Below, in pieces: positions 12,480 through 27,781 of a stretch of 64,000 nt of DNA (within the stretch, counting starts at the first letter, position 1; every line of letters starts with the position of its first letter). The position numbers and the translations under genes are program-made. The DNA is taken from NCBI GenBank assembly GCA_964016885.1, contig OZ024749.1:4216001-4280000 (forward strand), in the 5' to 3' direction. The notes beneath the pieces were generated by a model. The model was given only the letters and a program-made list of their open reading frames with translations, was not told the origin of the DNA and did not search any database. The DNA comes from Eledone cirrhosa. Its lineage: Eukaryota.

Positions 12480-13350
12480 TGAATACTTGCTATAGGGCAG
12501 ACCAAACTAAACCTACAAGGTCAATTTACAGGTGGAAGGGGCTCACCGACAAAGTAGTACATTTTACCCGAACCGAATTTAACGGATTCTTCGGCTACAT
12601 CCAAAGGTATTGGTGAAGTATCATATAGAAGGCAGAATCTAACGCAACAGAGAGCGAAGCAATAAATCTTTACATAAAGCAAAGGTCAATATGATTCATA
12701 CTTCCCCTGGTTATTGGCAGTATCGGTAGAGCGTCAGACACCATGCTTTGCAGTATAGAGTTATGGCCCATTGCGTTCTGAGTTCAAATCCCGCCGAAGT
12801 TAACTTTGCCTTTCATCCTTCTGGGATCGATAAAATAAAGCACCAGTAATGTACTTGATAATTGCTGGCCTTGTGCTAAATTTAGAAACAATTATTATAT
12901 CAGACAGAAATAGCCTAGTGAATATATGGAACTTGTTTGTCTTGTTAAATCCTTTGTTTGTATAAATATATAAAGTGGTAAAGAAAAATCACACTTTTGT
13001 TAGACATATGAACTTATACAATGGATTCATACTAGCTGCTGCTTCAATTCCTGCTGCATCTACATATGGCGGTAGCTCCCTTGAAATATTTCTCATATAC
13101 GTGTGGTTCATATGCGTGTTGGACCAACGTCGGCTCGTAAGATTTGACTTCCAGATCTTCGAACAAAGGAATATCTTCCTCGTGCATTTAAACTGTGAGT
13201 GACCGAATATTCCCCAGAAATATAGAGACTTAGCACAGATATCAAGAAGATACAGCAAGACAGTCTGAAATGCATGGCCGGGAAACCAATTCAAGATCGT
13301 AAGACGAAGACCTAAAATACTAAGCCTCGTGCTTTCATTTCTGTTCCATT
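12480..13350 (+). mobile_element. Possible highly decayed PLE (Poseidon-like) remnant, interrupted by a SINE
   Basis: Scattered frames give RSIYRWKGLTDKVVHF (thumb-like) and KYFSYTCGSY..VGPT..LRTKEYLPR (GIY-YIG-like). Weak. Confidence 0.35.
12709..12898 (+). mobile_element. Octopus-type tRNA-derived SINE (short-3' variant)
   Basis: TTGGCAGTATCGGTAGAGCGTC..GAGTTCAAATCCCGCCGA..TTTGCCTTTCATCCTT..AGAAACAATT. Confidence 0.85.
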
Positions 13351-13403
13351 GTATACATAAAAAACACGACCCTTTCTCCCCCTCTCTCTCTCTGTACATA
13401 TAG

Positions 13404-13454
<51 letters not shown>

Positions 13455-13460
<6 letters not shown>

Positions 13461-13870
13461 TTTCTAAGGCGGGTAAAATTCCCGAGATCCATGGACGAGT
13501 TCTCTCCAGCGGTCTCTGTCCCTCATTATCGCTGCCATGTCCTGCGTCTCCAACAGACCAGTGTCTGTCCTTAGTGCATCAATATACGTTAAACTTGGTC
13601 TTCCCCTTCTAGTGTGTCCATGTAGGGGCCTCCCAAAGGAGCACTGAGTGCAATGTCAACTCTGGATGTCGGTGAGCATGTCCAGCTATTCTCGTTCTCC
13701 TCTGTGTCACTTTTGAGCTAACTTTTGGGATGCTCCCATACAGCTCTGAGTTTTTCAACCTCAATGTATACTGATTAATGTTCAGAGTCATCCTCAGCAT
13801 TCTCGTGTAGCACCCATCCACCATCTGAGTGACTTTCTTGGTCAGTGTCCAAGTCTCAGACCCATACTAA
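13455..13870 (-). mobile_element. RTE/RTEX-group LINE 3' fragment
   Basis: YGSETWTLTK..VDGCYTRMLR..ELYG..RIAGHAHRH..LLWE..RGRPSLTYID..MRDRDRWRELV, a typical RTE-group ORF2 C-terminus. Confidence 0.85.
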
Positions 13871-14194
13871 GCCAGTGTATATAGTTACTTAAATATAATT
13901 ACAAAATGGCCGATTAATTATTAACACAGGAATTCTAACATGTTCATTACAACGTAGTCTTGGTGCAAAATATTATCTGGATGGTAATTTGATGGGACTT
14001 GTTATGTTGTTATTGTTGGTGCTGGAGATGTTGTTGTTGTTGTTCTCGTTGTTGTTCTGTTGCTAATGGCGTGCTTCTTGTTGCTTCTATTGTTGCTGTT
14101 GATATTGTTGTTCATGTTGTTGATATTGTTATGTCGTTTTGGAGGTTTGCTAACACAGATGGTTTTGTTGTTGCTTCTGCTTTTATTATTTCTG

Positions 14195-14390
14195 TTACAA
14201 CAGAGTTGCAGCAGTAGTGCAAAATAGTGCAACAGTGATGTCGCAGTGGTGCAATAGTAGTGCAACAATGTTGCAACAGTGGTGCACTAGTAGTACAACT
14301 GCGGTGCAACAGTGCTGCAACAGAGGGGCAATAGTAGTGCATCAGAGGTGCAATAGTGATGCAACAGTGCTGCAATAGTAGTGCAATGGC
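14195..14390. repeat. ~11-bp minisatellite (AGTRGTGCAAY)n
   Basis: Repeated AGTAGTGCAAC/AGTGGTGCAAT units. Confidence 0.85.
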
Positions 14391-15788
14391 TGTTGATATT
14401 GCTCGCAGTTTCCATTGATGCCGTTGTTGTTTCTCTACTTACTGGATTTTTTTACATTACTACTCCTGGCAATTTGGTGCATTGTTTATTGTTGCTATTG
14501 TTGTTGTGGTTGTTGCTTCTATTGGTGTTGATGATAAAAATAATCAACTGTATATTAATACATATTTAGTAATTTAAAAAATATCATTGAGCATATGAGG
14601 TATCAAATATGAAATACATTTGCTGACGAGACAAAAACATTAACGCCAATAGAAACATATTTTTTTCTTCATATTCCCATTAGCATATTTCGAAAAAGTC
14701 TTTGCATAAAATTATCAGTAGCGTTTTAAAATAATCAATACATGTAAACGATTTAGCAAAACAACTAATTTTTTCATTGGTAAGAAGCTGTCTGGAATAT
14801 AACTTGACAAAGTTTCTCGTAAAAAAGTATGATGGAAGTAATAATTTAAATCTATACACTTTAACATAAAGTATTTATCACAGCACTACTAGAGGTTTCA
14901 GGCGGGTTGGTATCAAAAGGATTAAATATATATGTATTAAAGCAATACCTTTCAGATTATATACCATTTCATCTTAAGCATCCTTTCTTTTCGGTTTGTG
15001 ATAACCTCCACCGATGTTGGTATTCTTTTTGTCATTGATATATCAACAAATGGTGATATCATTTTTACATGATATCGTGCTATAGGATAATAGCATTTTC
15101 AGATTGTCAATCTAAATTCAAACTACGCATCACTAAGATTTTGAAATGGTTTTCTCTTATTCCCTTCTCTCTGTTATGCTATAGTGTTGTTATTAGAGTA
15201 AATAATCGTCAACGTCACTCGAGAGGATTATACAAATTCATAGAACGATGGATGATATACACGAAACCTCTGGACTCTGAAATCAGATCTTAAATTGACA
15301 GGTTATACATTGGTACAATCTATTGAGTTAGGTTCCCAGACTGCAATGCCAACAGCGCAGCACACTCTCCAAATCCTATAGTATGAAGAACAACTCTGGT
15401 GAAAATCAATAATCGCAGTACGAAATGTTTAAACTCTTCGTAACTTTTATCCTCTCAAATAGGAAGCAATAGTAAGAGGCCAATCTTTAAATTGGACCAG
15501 GCAATTGATGTTTCCGTTGCTGGTACCATCACCTGTACTCAACTTCTGGATCAAGGAGCACATTTAAATGATTTGCTCAACGCGCTTCTCCGTCTATCTT
15601 CTTGTTAATGCACGACTAAACACAAGACGACGCGTTTCCACCAGACTTTAATTGCCCAAACTTGAATTAATAAACAGAAAACTATAAATTATATAGAAGA
15701 GACATCTTTATTACAGCCCGACAATGAGTGGTTTTATCCTATATAAAATTATAAATTCTGTCAACAATACACTGTCACAAACAGGTTT

Positions 15789-15867
<79 letters not shown>

Positions 15868-15882
15868 TATTCTCGTTTTTCT

Positions 15883-15914
<32 letters not shown>

Positions 15915-15916
<2 letters not shown>

Positions 15917-16230
15917 AGAAAAAAAGAGAATCAGTGTTGCGACGAATGGAATTCATCGGACATATTAAAACAGTCGTTTGTAGGAAACTCTGCTTCGTAG
16001 CATCAAGACGTATCTGAGGACCTTGTGATTTTCAGAGTCAGATTGGATCATCACATCGATCGCCCCTCTAGCTGGTCGCCAGAGAAGCGATTATAATATG
16101 TCCAACAAATTCCATTCGTCGCAACACTGATTCTCTTTTTTTTCTGTGGTATTATACTCTGCTCTATGAGAGCATCGAGTGCTCAAATGGCCCACCGCAT
16201 ACGGACACTTTAAGCATCCAACACCAATTA
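15915..16230. mobile_element. Small fold-back element
   Basis: CACAGAAAAAAAGAGAATCAGTGTTGCGACGAATGGAATT (~15915-15953) is inverted at ~16108-16148, followed by an unpaired tail; (TA)n flanks. Confidence 0.65.
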
Positions 16231-16370
16231 TATATATATATTTATATATATAATGACGTTCATTCATTCGTTCATATAGATACATTATGGTCGATCGAAA
16301 AGATCCCATACGTCATTCGCTTAACGAGTGGGCTGGAGGTCATCAAATCTGACCGAGGGAACCATTTAAC

Positions 16371-16410
16371 TATTTTCCGATGAAGGACAGACGTCCGAAA
16401 ATTAAAATTA
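16371..16410 (+). ncRNA. Hammerhead-like motif (degenerate)
   Basis: TATTTT-CCGATGA-aGGACagacGTCC-GAAA-ATTAAAAT. Perfect stem II, core U4>C, weak stem I. Confidence 0.35.
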
Positions 16411-17559
16411 TTTTCAAACTACCTCAATCATAAAGAAATGTATCCCAATCTCTCGTATTTTTCTTCACTGTCAATTCATTTTTTCTCTGCTTTCTTATAT
16501 AGTCAATGCTTGTTTTCAAATGGATTGAATGTCTGAATATACAATATGTCTAACCTCGTATACTTCCTACTAACAACGTCCTGTCTTAACAGTAAAATGA
16601 ACAAGGAATTACTTTGATCTAATACCAAAAACAGATTTGTAAGAGTCGGTAAACATTGGTGAATCTAACCAAAATGTAATAAAATCGGGACGATGTGACT
16701 TCGGCCTGATCGTGCCATCTGCAGCAAAATCTTCCTTAAATTATTCCTTGTCATCTAACATATTGAACTAAGCCATTGTAAATATGTTAATTTGGGGGTT
16801 TAATTAGCATTCGAATATGCGATAACTGAAATGATTTCAACCATGTTACATTTGCTGAAACGAGATTTCGGACCACAACTTCAACAACACCAGCTAGAGA
16901 AATGAGCCGTCAAAAACACCGGAGGCTGTATCATAGAGAGCAATGATGTCAGCATCAGCAACAAGAAGAAGCACAGTAAGTTTGTTTTGGAGAAAAGCCA
17001 ATGTCAACCTGGCAATATTGGCTTTCAAAATAAAGTACAAATGTGTAAATTCTGCAAAGAATAAAATCGGGGAATAAACGTAGCTTAGAGATAAGCCACA
17101 GCTCTGGCTCTGACGGTTGTAGTAACGTTTGGCTTACGGCCACACATTTTCTGGAGAAGATACAGACGATTAAATTGACAATATTACATGATGGTATAGA
17201 GTGATGATCGAGGCGGTAAGCAATGAAAGGTGAGCAAGCTATTTATGCTCATGACGTATCTAATAGAAGAGCGATAGATATGAAAATAAAGTGAAGTAAT
17301 TCTTGCCTTGATGGTTTAAATTATCAAAATAGGGAGATACAATTGAAGACTTAAGACTTTCTATGAAGACAGCAATCTATGTGATATAATGTTATCACTT
17401 ATCCAACTATACTAACTTGTTTTATTTAAATTCTATTTTAAATAAAAGAATGACAAAAGCAAAAATAATAAATAAAATAAAATACGCAAAGTAAACAAAA
17501 TATCAAGTAAAACGGGGGGAAAATAGAGAGGGAGAAACCTACACACTAATCTCAACAGC

Positions 17560-17760
17560 ATATCTCAGCTGTTCCCCACGGACAAGACTGTGAAGATTTT
17601 GTCTCGTGAGTGAGCCTGCGATATCCGCTGCATCAGACATTCCACGTTGCAAAGCATCATCCTGCCATTCGAATTTGCCGGATGAGAACGGCAGTCCTCA
17701 GTCAACTGTTCGAGGATAAGGGAAACTTCATTGATGACCAACGCAAGAAGTTATAGGCCA
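17560..17760 (-). mobile_element. Probable CRE-like LINE extreme 3' fragment
   Basis: ...CLMQRISQAHSRDKIFTVLSVGNS* resembles the LxQRxSxAxxRGN C-terminus of CRE RLE domains. Confidence 0.45.
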
Positions 17761-18286
17761 GCTACTCTCTGGCGTTTAATGAATCAGTTATCTACAATTG
17801 TTTAGAAGCTGTTTCATATTTCCAGTAGAAATAATATTTTTATTTTAAACGCAATCTTAGCAGGATGTAAAATTCGATAAAATTAGCACAAAGAATGTGT
17901 TATTTTGTTTCATCGACCTACGAAAGGAAATGCCGCAAAGCAATTTGTCCGACGCATTAACGACACTACAAATCCATAACGATATTTAGTAGAAAAAATA
18001 ACACTGACTGTATTACATATAATAATATCCTTCCTCCTAAAAATATCGGAAGGTAGTTTGATATCTCCACAGAATTAGTTTTTTATAGCAATTGAATACT
18101 ATATTGCATCGTAATTTCACGCGCTTGTGTAGCTTTGGTGCCATCTCGGCTAAATAGAAACTCACAGCATCTTCATCCATATAGTGTTGTGGTGCAATGA
18201 ATACGAAAGACTTTCTACAGTGAAGGTTTCTTCTTCGAAATGCCAGAGTTTCTAACTGTCTTCCATCTCATTATTTACCCCTTCTA

Positions 18287-18508
18287 GGACGTTGGATAGG
18301 CAGTATCGGTAGAGCATCGGACACCATGCTTTGAAGCATGTAGTTACGGCCCTTTACGGTCTGCTTTTAAATCCCGCCTAGGTTAACTTTGCCTTTCATC
18401 CTTACGGGGTCGATAAAATAAAGTACCAGTCACGTACTGGTTCGATTTAATCGCCATTCCTCTCCCCGAAAATTGCTGGCCGTGTGCCAATATAAAGAAT
18501 CCATTACT
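18287..18508 (+). mobile_element. Octopus-type tRNA-derived SINE
   Basis: Full-length match to the 1326 copy. Confidence 0.85.
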
Positions 18509-18959
18509 TCACCCATTTTATGACCAACTTTCCTTCATGTCTAAAGAGAATCCATTTATTTTGCTTTAATTATCCCTTCTTTCTAGTCCCTTACACGAAA
18601 TGGCTTCATGTCTTGCTTGGAACTTAAAAAGAATATACCCAAATACCTCATCATTTAAATTAAACTTATCGACTTCCACGGTCGATAATGAATTCAGCAT
18701 CCTGTGGCATCTGATTGGTGCAATCGTTAACGCTATGATGTAGTGCAATATTTTTTTCTGAATCTTGAAATTAAAAAAATAACTATAGAACTATATATTT
18801 TCTTGTGTGACTCCGTTGGGTTAGAAATGAAATAGATTTAGGTCGGTTTTCCGGGTGAGTGTTACAAGAGTTCGATCAACATTGAAGCCTGATGAGAAAA
18901 TGAGCATGCCACAGTAATATATACATTTAAAGTAGTTAATGGGGTTATTCGGCGGGACA

Positions 18960-19170
18960 ACGTGTGTGGCTATATAGCTCCTCGGAATAAGACCCGTTGT
19001 CCTTTCAACGGGCTTCCAATCAGTCTCAATCTACCATCACAAAACATAGCTTGATACTATTTACCATGGATTTACCATGGTAACTAGTATTTGCCCAAGA
19101 TTCCACGTATTGTGATCGAACCAGGTATGTAACTATTGCGAGGCGAACTCTTTACACGTTCGGCCATATT
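18960..19170 (-). mobile_element. Second tRNA-derived SINE family (degenerate)
   Basis: Reverse-complement tRNA-like head GATCGAACC..TTGCGAGGCGAACTCTTTACAC..CGGCCA. Confidence 0.45.
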
Positions 19171-19421
19171 GCATATACTTGTTCAAATCAAATAAGACGA
19201 ATGGCAAATATATAAGTCCAGCAATGCCTGATAATCAGAATGTAATGAAATTTAGATGGTTTGGTATTATATATATCATTTTTAATTAAGACACAGACAG
19301 TTGCAATATACACACATGAGCAAGTTATCATGGTTGAAATTAAGTTGTGTACGTGCTACCACTTATTAGATCTGCATATATTTTTAGAATTAATGAATAA
19401 TTTGAAGGAAAATAATTTACA

Positions 19422-20330
<909 letters not shown>

Positions 20331-20494
20331 ATACGAGTTAATCAACTTGCAGGTTGGTACAACTAACAGTGTAGATAGAGGTAGGTGCCTATTAAATTAT
20401 CTATGAATACATGAAATTATTATTATTATTAAAATTATTGCTATTCGTAGTTTGTACGTTGCGTTAAATTTGAATGTAAAAATATGACAAATAA

Positions 20495-22900
20495 TAAACG
20501 TGAAGGACCGCTTTTTCCAATGCCCGAACTGCTGCCATCAGGGAAAGAGCAGGCAGTGAGGATGTCGGGACCTTCCATGTAGAGAAGGAGGACAACGTCC
20601 GTGGCACATACACCAAGGCTATGGACAACAAAAACCGAGGCGGCCGTGGCAGCCACAGAAACAGTCCCGCTAACTGCACCTATGCCAAGAACGGCAGACC
20701 AGGTTCCAACGCTATCATCACCAACAACAACAAGAACAAATGAGAGTGTAGAACTCCTCCTCCTCCTCCGCGGCCTTTCACAGTCGGACATGAAGTATGA
20801 GACGGCAGTGGAGTGGAACATCTTACGAAAAAAAAACAATTACAAAAGCAGCGCACTACACCCTCCAAAAGGGAGGAAACCCAAAGAAAAGTAAATGCTA
20901 CAAGGCGACTTGCAACAACAGCACCATCCCAAACCCCACTAACACCACTAACAACAACAATGACACAACTGACACAACAAAGCATACGCATCCAGCGACA
21001 CTAATATAAACCAACAAAAACCGTCCCGAATAAAAAACACTGCCATAAACACAATTAGGATTTCATGAAAGACAAACAATTACATACAAGCATTACAGAC
21101 AGCAACTACTACACATCCCCAACACCAAGTATACCCAAAAGTGGCCAAGTAATTGAACTATATAGAACAATAGAAAGTTTAAAAAAATAAATTTCTCATG
21201 GCAATTGGGGATTTCAGAGGGTCACTGACAAAAGAATATGGAGAGATATTCTCACGTTATATGGGGTTAGTAAATAAGGGAGAAGCGTGTAAAAGCATCA
21301 CTAACCTGCTCAAATATTTGAAACCGCCTGACAGATACCAACTGGATCACTCGAATGTGCCAACATGGACTTGGGCAAACCTCATCGTGTAATCCAGATC
21401 GTGTCTAGTTAGAGTATTCTGTAGGGATGTACTTAATACTAGCACGAGTTTTCGTGATTTTTAAAGTATTGGACTACAAGGACCACACTTGTTTCATCTT
21501 TGAAATCGATTGAGATAGACTCCAAAGGCAGGGACCTACTTACTGGAAGCTCAATGCTTCATTCCCGGCACAAAGAACTTACAAAGACCGGGTTAGCGAA
21601 TTAGTTAAGCAAGCGTTGTTGGGGTCAATCGTCAACAACAATTGGTGGTTGACCCTGAAAAGAGCGATTAGAATAGAGTCCATTATGTTTAGTAAGGCGT
21701 TGGCAATAGAAGAGAACAGAGCAGAGTGGGAACTAGTTAGAAAACTAGACGAGGTGCTTAGTAAATACATTGGCGACCCACGTGCTTGCAGCGATATTGG
21801 CCCTCGGCCATTTCTTCAACGCAAAGAATGAAGGTTGTGTTGTCAGAGCTAGGGAGGGTGCTCTCAGGCACGAGGGGACGAAAGCTGTTCGATGGGCTTA
21901 AGTGGCGGTGGCTCGTCGTGGTAACAAAGCCACGAGCCGGGCTTTGGCGGACCACGACGGGCGCATGTTACTCGATCCCAGGTAGATGTGTGCGGCTTTT
22001 AAGGAGCACTTTGCTCAGCTGTTCTGGACTGCGGCTGGCCAGATTGCGGGATGTACTTTAGTGCCTAACTTGACTGTCTCTCGCGGCTCTCGGCCACTGA
22101 GGTGGAGTGTTGCAAAAAGCCGACGACAGCCGCTTAAATACGGAAGGCAATGACTGACTGCATAACAGGAAAGTCTCTTGGTTTGTTGGAGGATCTGCCC
22201 TACGAACTTTACGTACATATGCCTGACATGTGCTTCGACCATCCTCGTGGACGACTACTGCAACTGGCAACAGAATTGGAGAATTCCTAGCTCTGCGTGC
22301 CATGGAGCAGTGGCGCTGCTGACAAAGGACCCGAACGAGGAGGACAATATAGATAATTTCAGGCCCATAACTGTGCTAGACGCAGAGTTAAAGATTTTGG
22401 TGAGATTGGCACTTGTCCTCGGTAGTCTGGTGGGATAGGCGCAGACATGCACCATTCCAGACAGATCCATCCACGACAACCTCCACCTGACGCGATGCAT
22501 CACGGAGAGTTTAGCTAACGAATATTGCATGGCTGGGGCCTTGATTTATTTAGATTAGTCGAAAGCTTTCGATTGGGTCGACCATCGTTTTCTGGTGGCG
22601 GACCTGAGAGCGACCGGTCAAGAGGCTGGATCGCTGCCAAGCATAACATCTGCTGTGTGGGGAGAGTGAACGGTCCCATTTTGGAACCGTTCAACATCAT
22701 GTATTCGGTCTGCAAAGTATGTCCTTCCCGTCTTTATTGTACGTATTGAATTTCGAGCCATTACTGCACAAACTGGAGACGTTGATGGACGTCCCACCCG
22801 AACTGGGATGCAGCAGATCCGTGTTATCATATGCCGACGACCACACAGTAGTGGTATCGAGCGCCAAACATATCGAGGAGATAATGCCAGACAAATACTA
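20495..22900 (+). mobile_element. Tx1/L1-group LINE relic (ORF1 knuckle, APE endonuclease, RT), many stops and frameshifts
   Basis: CPNCCHQG..C knuckle ~20520; IGDF, PTWTW, GPTYWKLN (APE); LLTKDP..NFRPITVLDAELKIL, QTCTIPDRSIHDNL, SKAFDWVDH, LLYVLNFEPLL, SYADD (RT). Confidence 0.88.
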
Positions 22901-23675
22901 GCTGGGGTGACAGTCTTCTTGTCTATAACCCGCCGTATACACTTATCGCCATTTAACTTGGAATTCTCGCTTATCATCATGAATTGTGTCCATGAGAGTG
23001 GTGTTGGTAAAAGTTGTCATGGTGATGATGGTGGTAGTTGTATTGGTGGTGATAGTGTTGGTGGTGTCAGTAGTGATGGCGGTGGTGTTATTAGTATTGG
23101 TGGTGTTTTTATTGTTGCTGTTGATGTTGGTTTGTGGATGGAAAAGATGGTTGTGGTGAACAAACCTATACCACTATATGTAACATTTTGAAAGGGGGTG
23201 AACTCATATCAAAGAATGATTTTTTTCCCCCTCTTTGAGAAAAAAGCTTTATAAAATTGCATGTCGGCGCAGGATAACAGGCTTGTATATTGTTTTCGGC
23301 AATGTAATTGAAATTTTAAAATTCAATCTTTTTGGCATTGTATAAGTTTCTCTGGCGTGGAAGAGTTCACGGAATCAAGTTAATAAAAGTTCTTTTAGTG
23401 TACAACCTTTATAATGTTTACAGAAATCTCTTAGCAAAATATACCGAGAAATATGGTAAAAATGTTTTATGTGACTCTTTTTATAACATAGAAAATATTC
23501 TAAATTAAATCTGCACCAAAATATATCGATGTGAATAAATATTGGACCAGAGAAGGGTTTTCTAAGTACACGTGTTAGTTTACCCTTGTTACCAACAATT
23601 CACAGCGTTCGAAGAAGAATATTAATGCATCACACTTACTTTATTCAATTGAATAATGTGTCTTGTTTCGAGAGG

Positions 23676-24171
<496 letters not shown>

Positions 24172-24317
24172 ATACTTTGGGAGGGTCTTGTTGCGAATAA
24201 GAAACACACGCACCAGTTGCTTTCACTTCAAATTATTATGATAAATTTATGAATTTAGGAATTTATAAATTTCCGGTTGGTTGGTTGGTTCAACAACCAG
24301 ATGGTCGTTTATATATT

Positions 24318-24360
24318 GTCAAAGTTCCTTCGTTACACATTATGTAACCTCTTCAGTGAC
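24318..24360 (-). ncRNA. Degenerate minimal hammerhead in the inverted pLTR (partner at 25971-26013, +)
   Basis: GTCA-CTGAAGA-gGTTACataatgtGTAAC-GAAG-GAAC-TT^TGAC. The homolog at 48697-48736 retains GAAA. Confidence 0.6.
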
Positions 24361-24459
24361 TGCGGGTTCTTTTCTTTGCTTTTTGTGCCTCTCCTTTGTT
24401 CTGGCCCCCACCGCATGTGCAATCAATGATTGCCCATACGGTGGGGGCCAGCATAAAAT

Positions 24460-25768
24460 GAACTCTTAAGGAAAATATGTTCAAATTTAATGGAACAACA
24501 TATGCCTAAGAGGAGGGAGCAGCCATTGGTGTTAGCATTGCAGGCAACATAACAAACTTATTCATGGTATGGTGGGACAGTAGACTTAAACTTAAAGAAC
24601 AATTAGAAGACCCTAACCCTCATAATTTAGTCCCGCTACGTAGATGATATAAACATCGTAGTTAAGACACCCCCACTAGAGAACAGTCAGGAACTAGAGA
24701 AAAACACAATGGAAAGCATCCAGCAAATAGCAAACTCCATCCACCAGAGTATTAGAGTTACTATAGTCTTCCCAAGCAAACACCCCAACCATCGATTATC
24801 TATACTATACACAGCGTTCTGGTTAGATACCATTAACAACAAAAAACAAATCCTCCATTCCCATTATGCCAAACCCATGACTTCCAAATATCTGATCCAC
24901 CGAAACTCAGCAGTTTCGGACCATACCAAAATCAACATACTGATTGCGGATTCGGTACGGGTGATGAGAAAGGTGTCCCGCATGTGCAACCCCGAAGAAC
25001 TAGAGAGACACATACAACACTTCATCCACCGTATGCAGTTCTCTGGTTACAATCAGAGAGATAAAGTCAGAGTGTGTAGAGGAGCCAGAACCAAATGGGT
25101 AACAAATGGTAAATAATGACACATATGGGACTTGCTCCTTGTATACGAGCAAATGTTGGAATAGAATAGAAAGAACTAGGAATAAGGCTAATAGAATAAA
25201 CTCATGGTATGATAGCAATAAATACCAGGGTGTAATGTTCATCGATACAACCCCTAGAGGTGAATTAGCTTACACATTTAGAAGGGCCCTAGATAAACAT
25301 AAACTCAATATTAAGATAGTAGAAAGACCAGGTACCTCCATAAAAACACTTATTAGCAAGACAGACCCTTTTCAAAAACCTCCCTGTATAGATAAGAAAT
25401 GTATATTCTGTAAATTAAGCCCCCATATTAACTGTAAATCTAGAAATGTAGTATATAGCATAAGATGTACTGAAGGACAATGTAGAGATAAAAATATAGT
25501 GTACATAGGTGAGACAGGTCGTTGTATAGGGGAAGGGATAAATGAAGACTGGCGAGACCTTCAAGATAGTAAAGAATCACCTGTACTCTACCAACATGCT
25601 AAAATAGAACACAAGGGTAAATTAGAGAACATAGAAATAAAAATAGAATCTACACACAGAAAAGACGCAATGTTTAGACAAATCACAGAGGCAATAATAA
25701 TAAAAGAATTACAACCAAATTTAAATAGAAAACATGAGTGGAACAGCAACATCACAACTTACAATTAA
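24460..25768 (+). pseudogene. PLE reverse transcriptase plus GIY-YIG endonuclease (disrupted)
   Basis: FKFNGTTYA*EEGAAIGVSIAGNITNLFMVWWD, RYVDD, IANSIHQSI..PSKHP, HYAKPMTS; ORF 25106-25768 has CIDKKCIFC..NVVYSIRC..YIGETGR..RQITEAI..LNRKHEW. Confidence 0.9.
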
Positions 25769-26227
25769 GGACAAAATGAAAACACACACGCACACATAAC
25801 AAACACCCAACCAGTAACATGTAAATAGACAAATATATACACGAATATAAACACACACAGAAACCCGGATGTAACACATGCGCAAACTAAGCACACAACA
25901 GACACACAAAAACAAGATGGCGTTGGACAGAACAAAGGAGAGGCACAAAAAGCAAAGAAAAGAACCCGCAGTCACTGAAGAGGTCAGAGAATGTGTAACG
26001 AAGGAACTTCGACAATATATAAACGACCATCTGGTTGTGGAACCAACCAACCAACCAACCGGAAATTTATAAATTCCTAAATTTATAAATTTATTATGAT
26101 AAATTGAAGTGAAAGCAACTGGTGTGTGTGTGTTTCTTATTGGTAACATGACCCTCCCAAAGTATAACAATATCGGTTTCAACACACGTTTTCAGATAAA
26201 GAATCTTGCTAAACAAATTCAGAAACG

Positions 26228-26296
<69 letters not shown>

Positions 26297-26500
26297 AATG
26301 GAAGTACAGCATAATCAAAGCACGAGCCGCAGCTAGGCTCCCGAATGCAATCAGAAAGTGCAGCCAAGCACTCCATAAGGTATGAAATATTAGAGTAATA
26401 ACATTACGTTTAAAGGGCCTTGCAAAATGAATATAGCGACAGGTAATTCAGCCGCAGGGTCCGTAGCAACGAAAGAATTGATTTTCGAGAAAAAATACAT

Positions 26501-26553
<53 letters not shown>

Positions 26554-26556
<3 letters not shown>

Positions 26557-27192
26557 TACATTAAATTAAGTCTGGCAAACCATTTTGTTAGAGTTAGTAT
26601 TTTTTTCAACTGAGCAAACCTGGTCCTTAACAATTCGAACACATGTATGTTTATATATGTGTTTATCTCTCTTGTATGTTCAATTATATTACACAGCTCA
26701 GAAAAACTTCTTTCTTAGAGCTATTTAATTATAAGAGACTACTTTGAGTTTCTAACTCAGCATATGATTGTCAGCTCCATCATGTTGAGCTAATGTTAAT
26801 GTCGTGTTAACCAGGCTGCAATTTTTAGTGGCATAGGTTTTCGAGGCAAGCTAGGCTCAGATGACATGTGCGTTATTACATATCGCGCACAATTCGGTCT
26901 CTAAGATTTTTAGAAGTGGAAGAATCGGTAATTTTTACACCTACTGATGAGCAGGAAGTTGGTGATGCCTTCGCTTAATACAATTTTGCGGAACAGTTTC
27001 TATATCTGTCTAGGTGTTTTCAGGCAGTTGTCCAATATAGGTATGTTATTCTCTTTCTTGAGTTACTACTTTAAATTAAGTCTGGAAAACCATATTGTTA
27101 GAGTTAGTATTTGTTCACCCAAGCAACCTGGTACTTTACAATTCGAACATATGTATGTTTATATTTTTGTTTATCTCTCTTGTATCTTCAAT

Positions 27193-27197
<5 letters not shown>
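26554..27197 (+). mobile_element. Retrozyme-like element: ~510-bp unit with ~135-bp direct terminal repeats and an internal HHR
   Basis: 26554-26690 is repeated at 27064-27197; (TA)n flanks; no coding capacity. Confidence 0.7.
26937..27017 (+). ncRNA. Near-canonical type I hammerhead ribozyme (GUC triplet; GAAA>GGAA)
   Basis: ACACCTA-CTGATGA-GCAGGA..TTTTGC-GGAA-CAGtttctatatCTG-TC^TAGGTGT. Perfect 7-bp stem I, with stems II and III present. Confidence 0.8.
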
Positions 27198-27260
<63 letters not shown>

Positions 27261-27633
27261 CATTTATTCTTGTGTGTATGTGTGTATGTAAGTGTGTGCG
27301 TGTATAACTGCCTTACGTAAAGTTGCGCTATTTGTCTCTTGTAACACTTTTGTTTTTTCCTGCACTGTATTTCAGCTTGGAGGTTTGATTAGTATTGTCA
27401 GAGAGCAACCTGCAACAGTATGTATTTGTTTGTTGTTGTTATTGGACCAGTGTTTGTATATAAAGTAAATCAGTTTCTTTTTTCAGTCGCATCATTTTCT
27501 AGTGCCTTCATCAGTACGTTAACAAAAAATTATAAAGAGAAAAGAAATGATTAAGCATGAATACACATACACACATGCACGTACAAACACAAACATATAC
27601 AAAGGTACACACACATAGAAGAATATGTATATT

Positions 27634-27781
<148 letters not shown>

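Noticed and set aside
15620-15650. GAAACGCGTC on the minus strand
   Set aside because: No upstream CTGANGA.
18520-18750. hAT-like FSLxxxES motif on the minus strand
   Set aside because: One short degenerate motif only.
25106-25768. Selenoprotein-type Naiad (in-frame UGA plus SECIS)
   Set aside because: The EN ORF has normal Cys codons with no in-frame TGA, and no SECIS was recognised.
27488-27520. Minus-strand CGTA-CTGATGA-aggcacta-GAAA..TGCG
   Set aside because: Weak stem II and no UH triplet.
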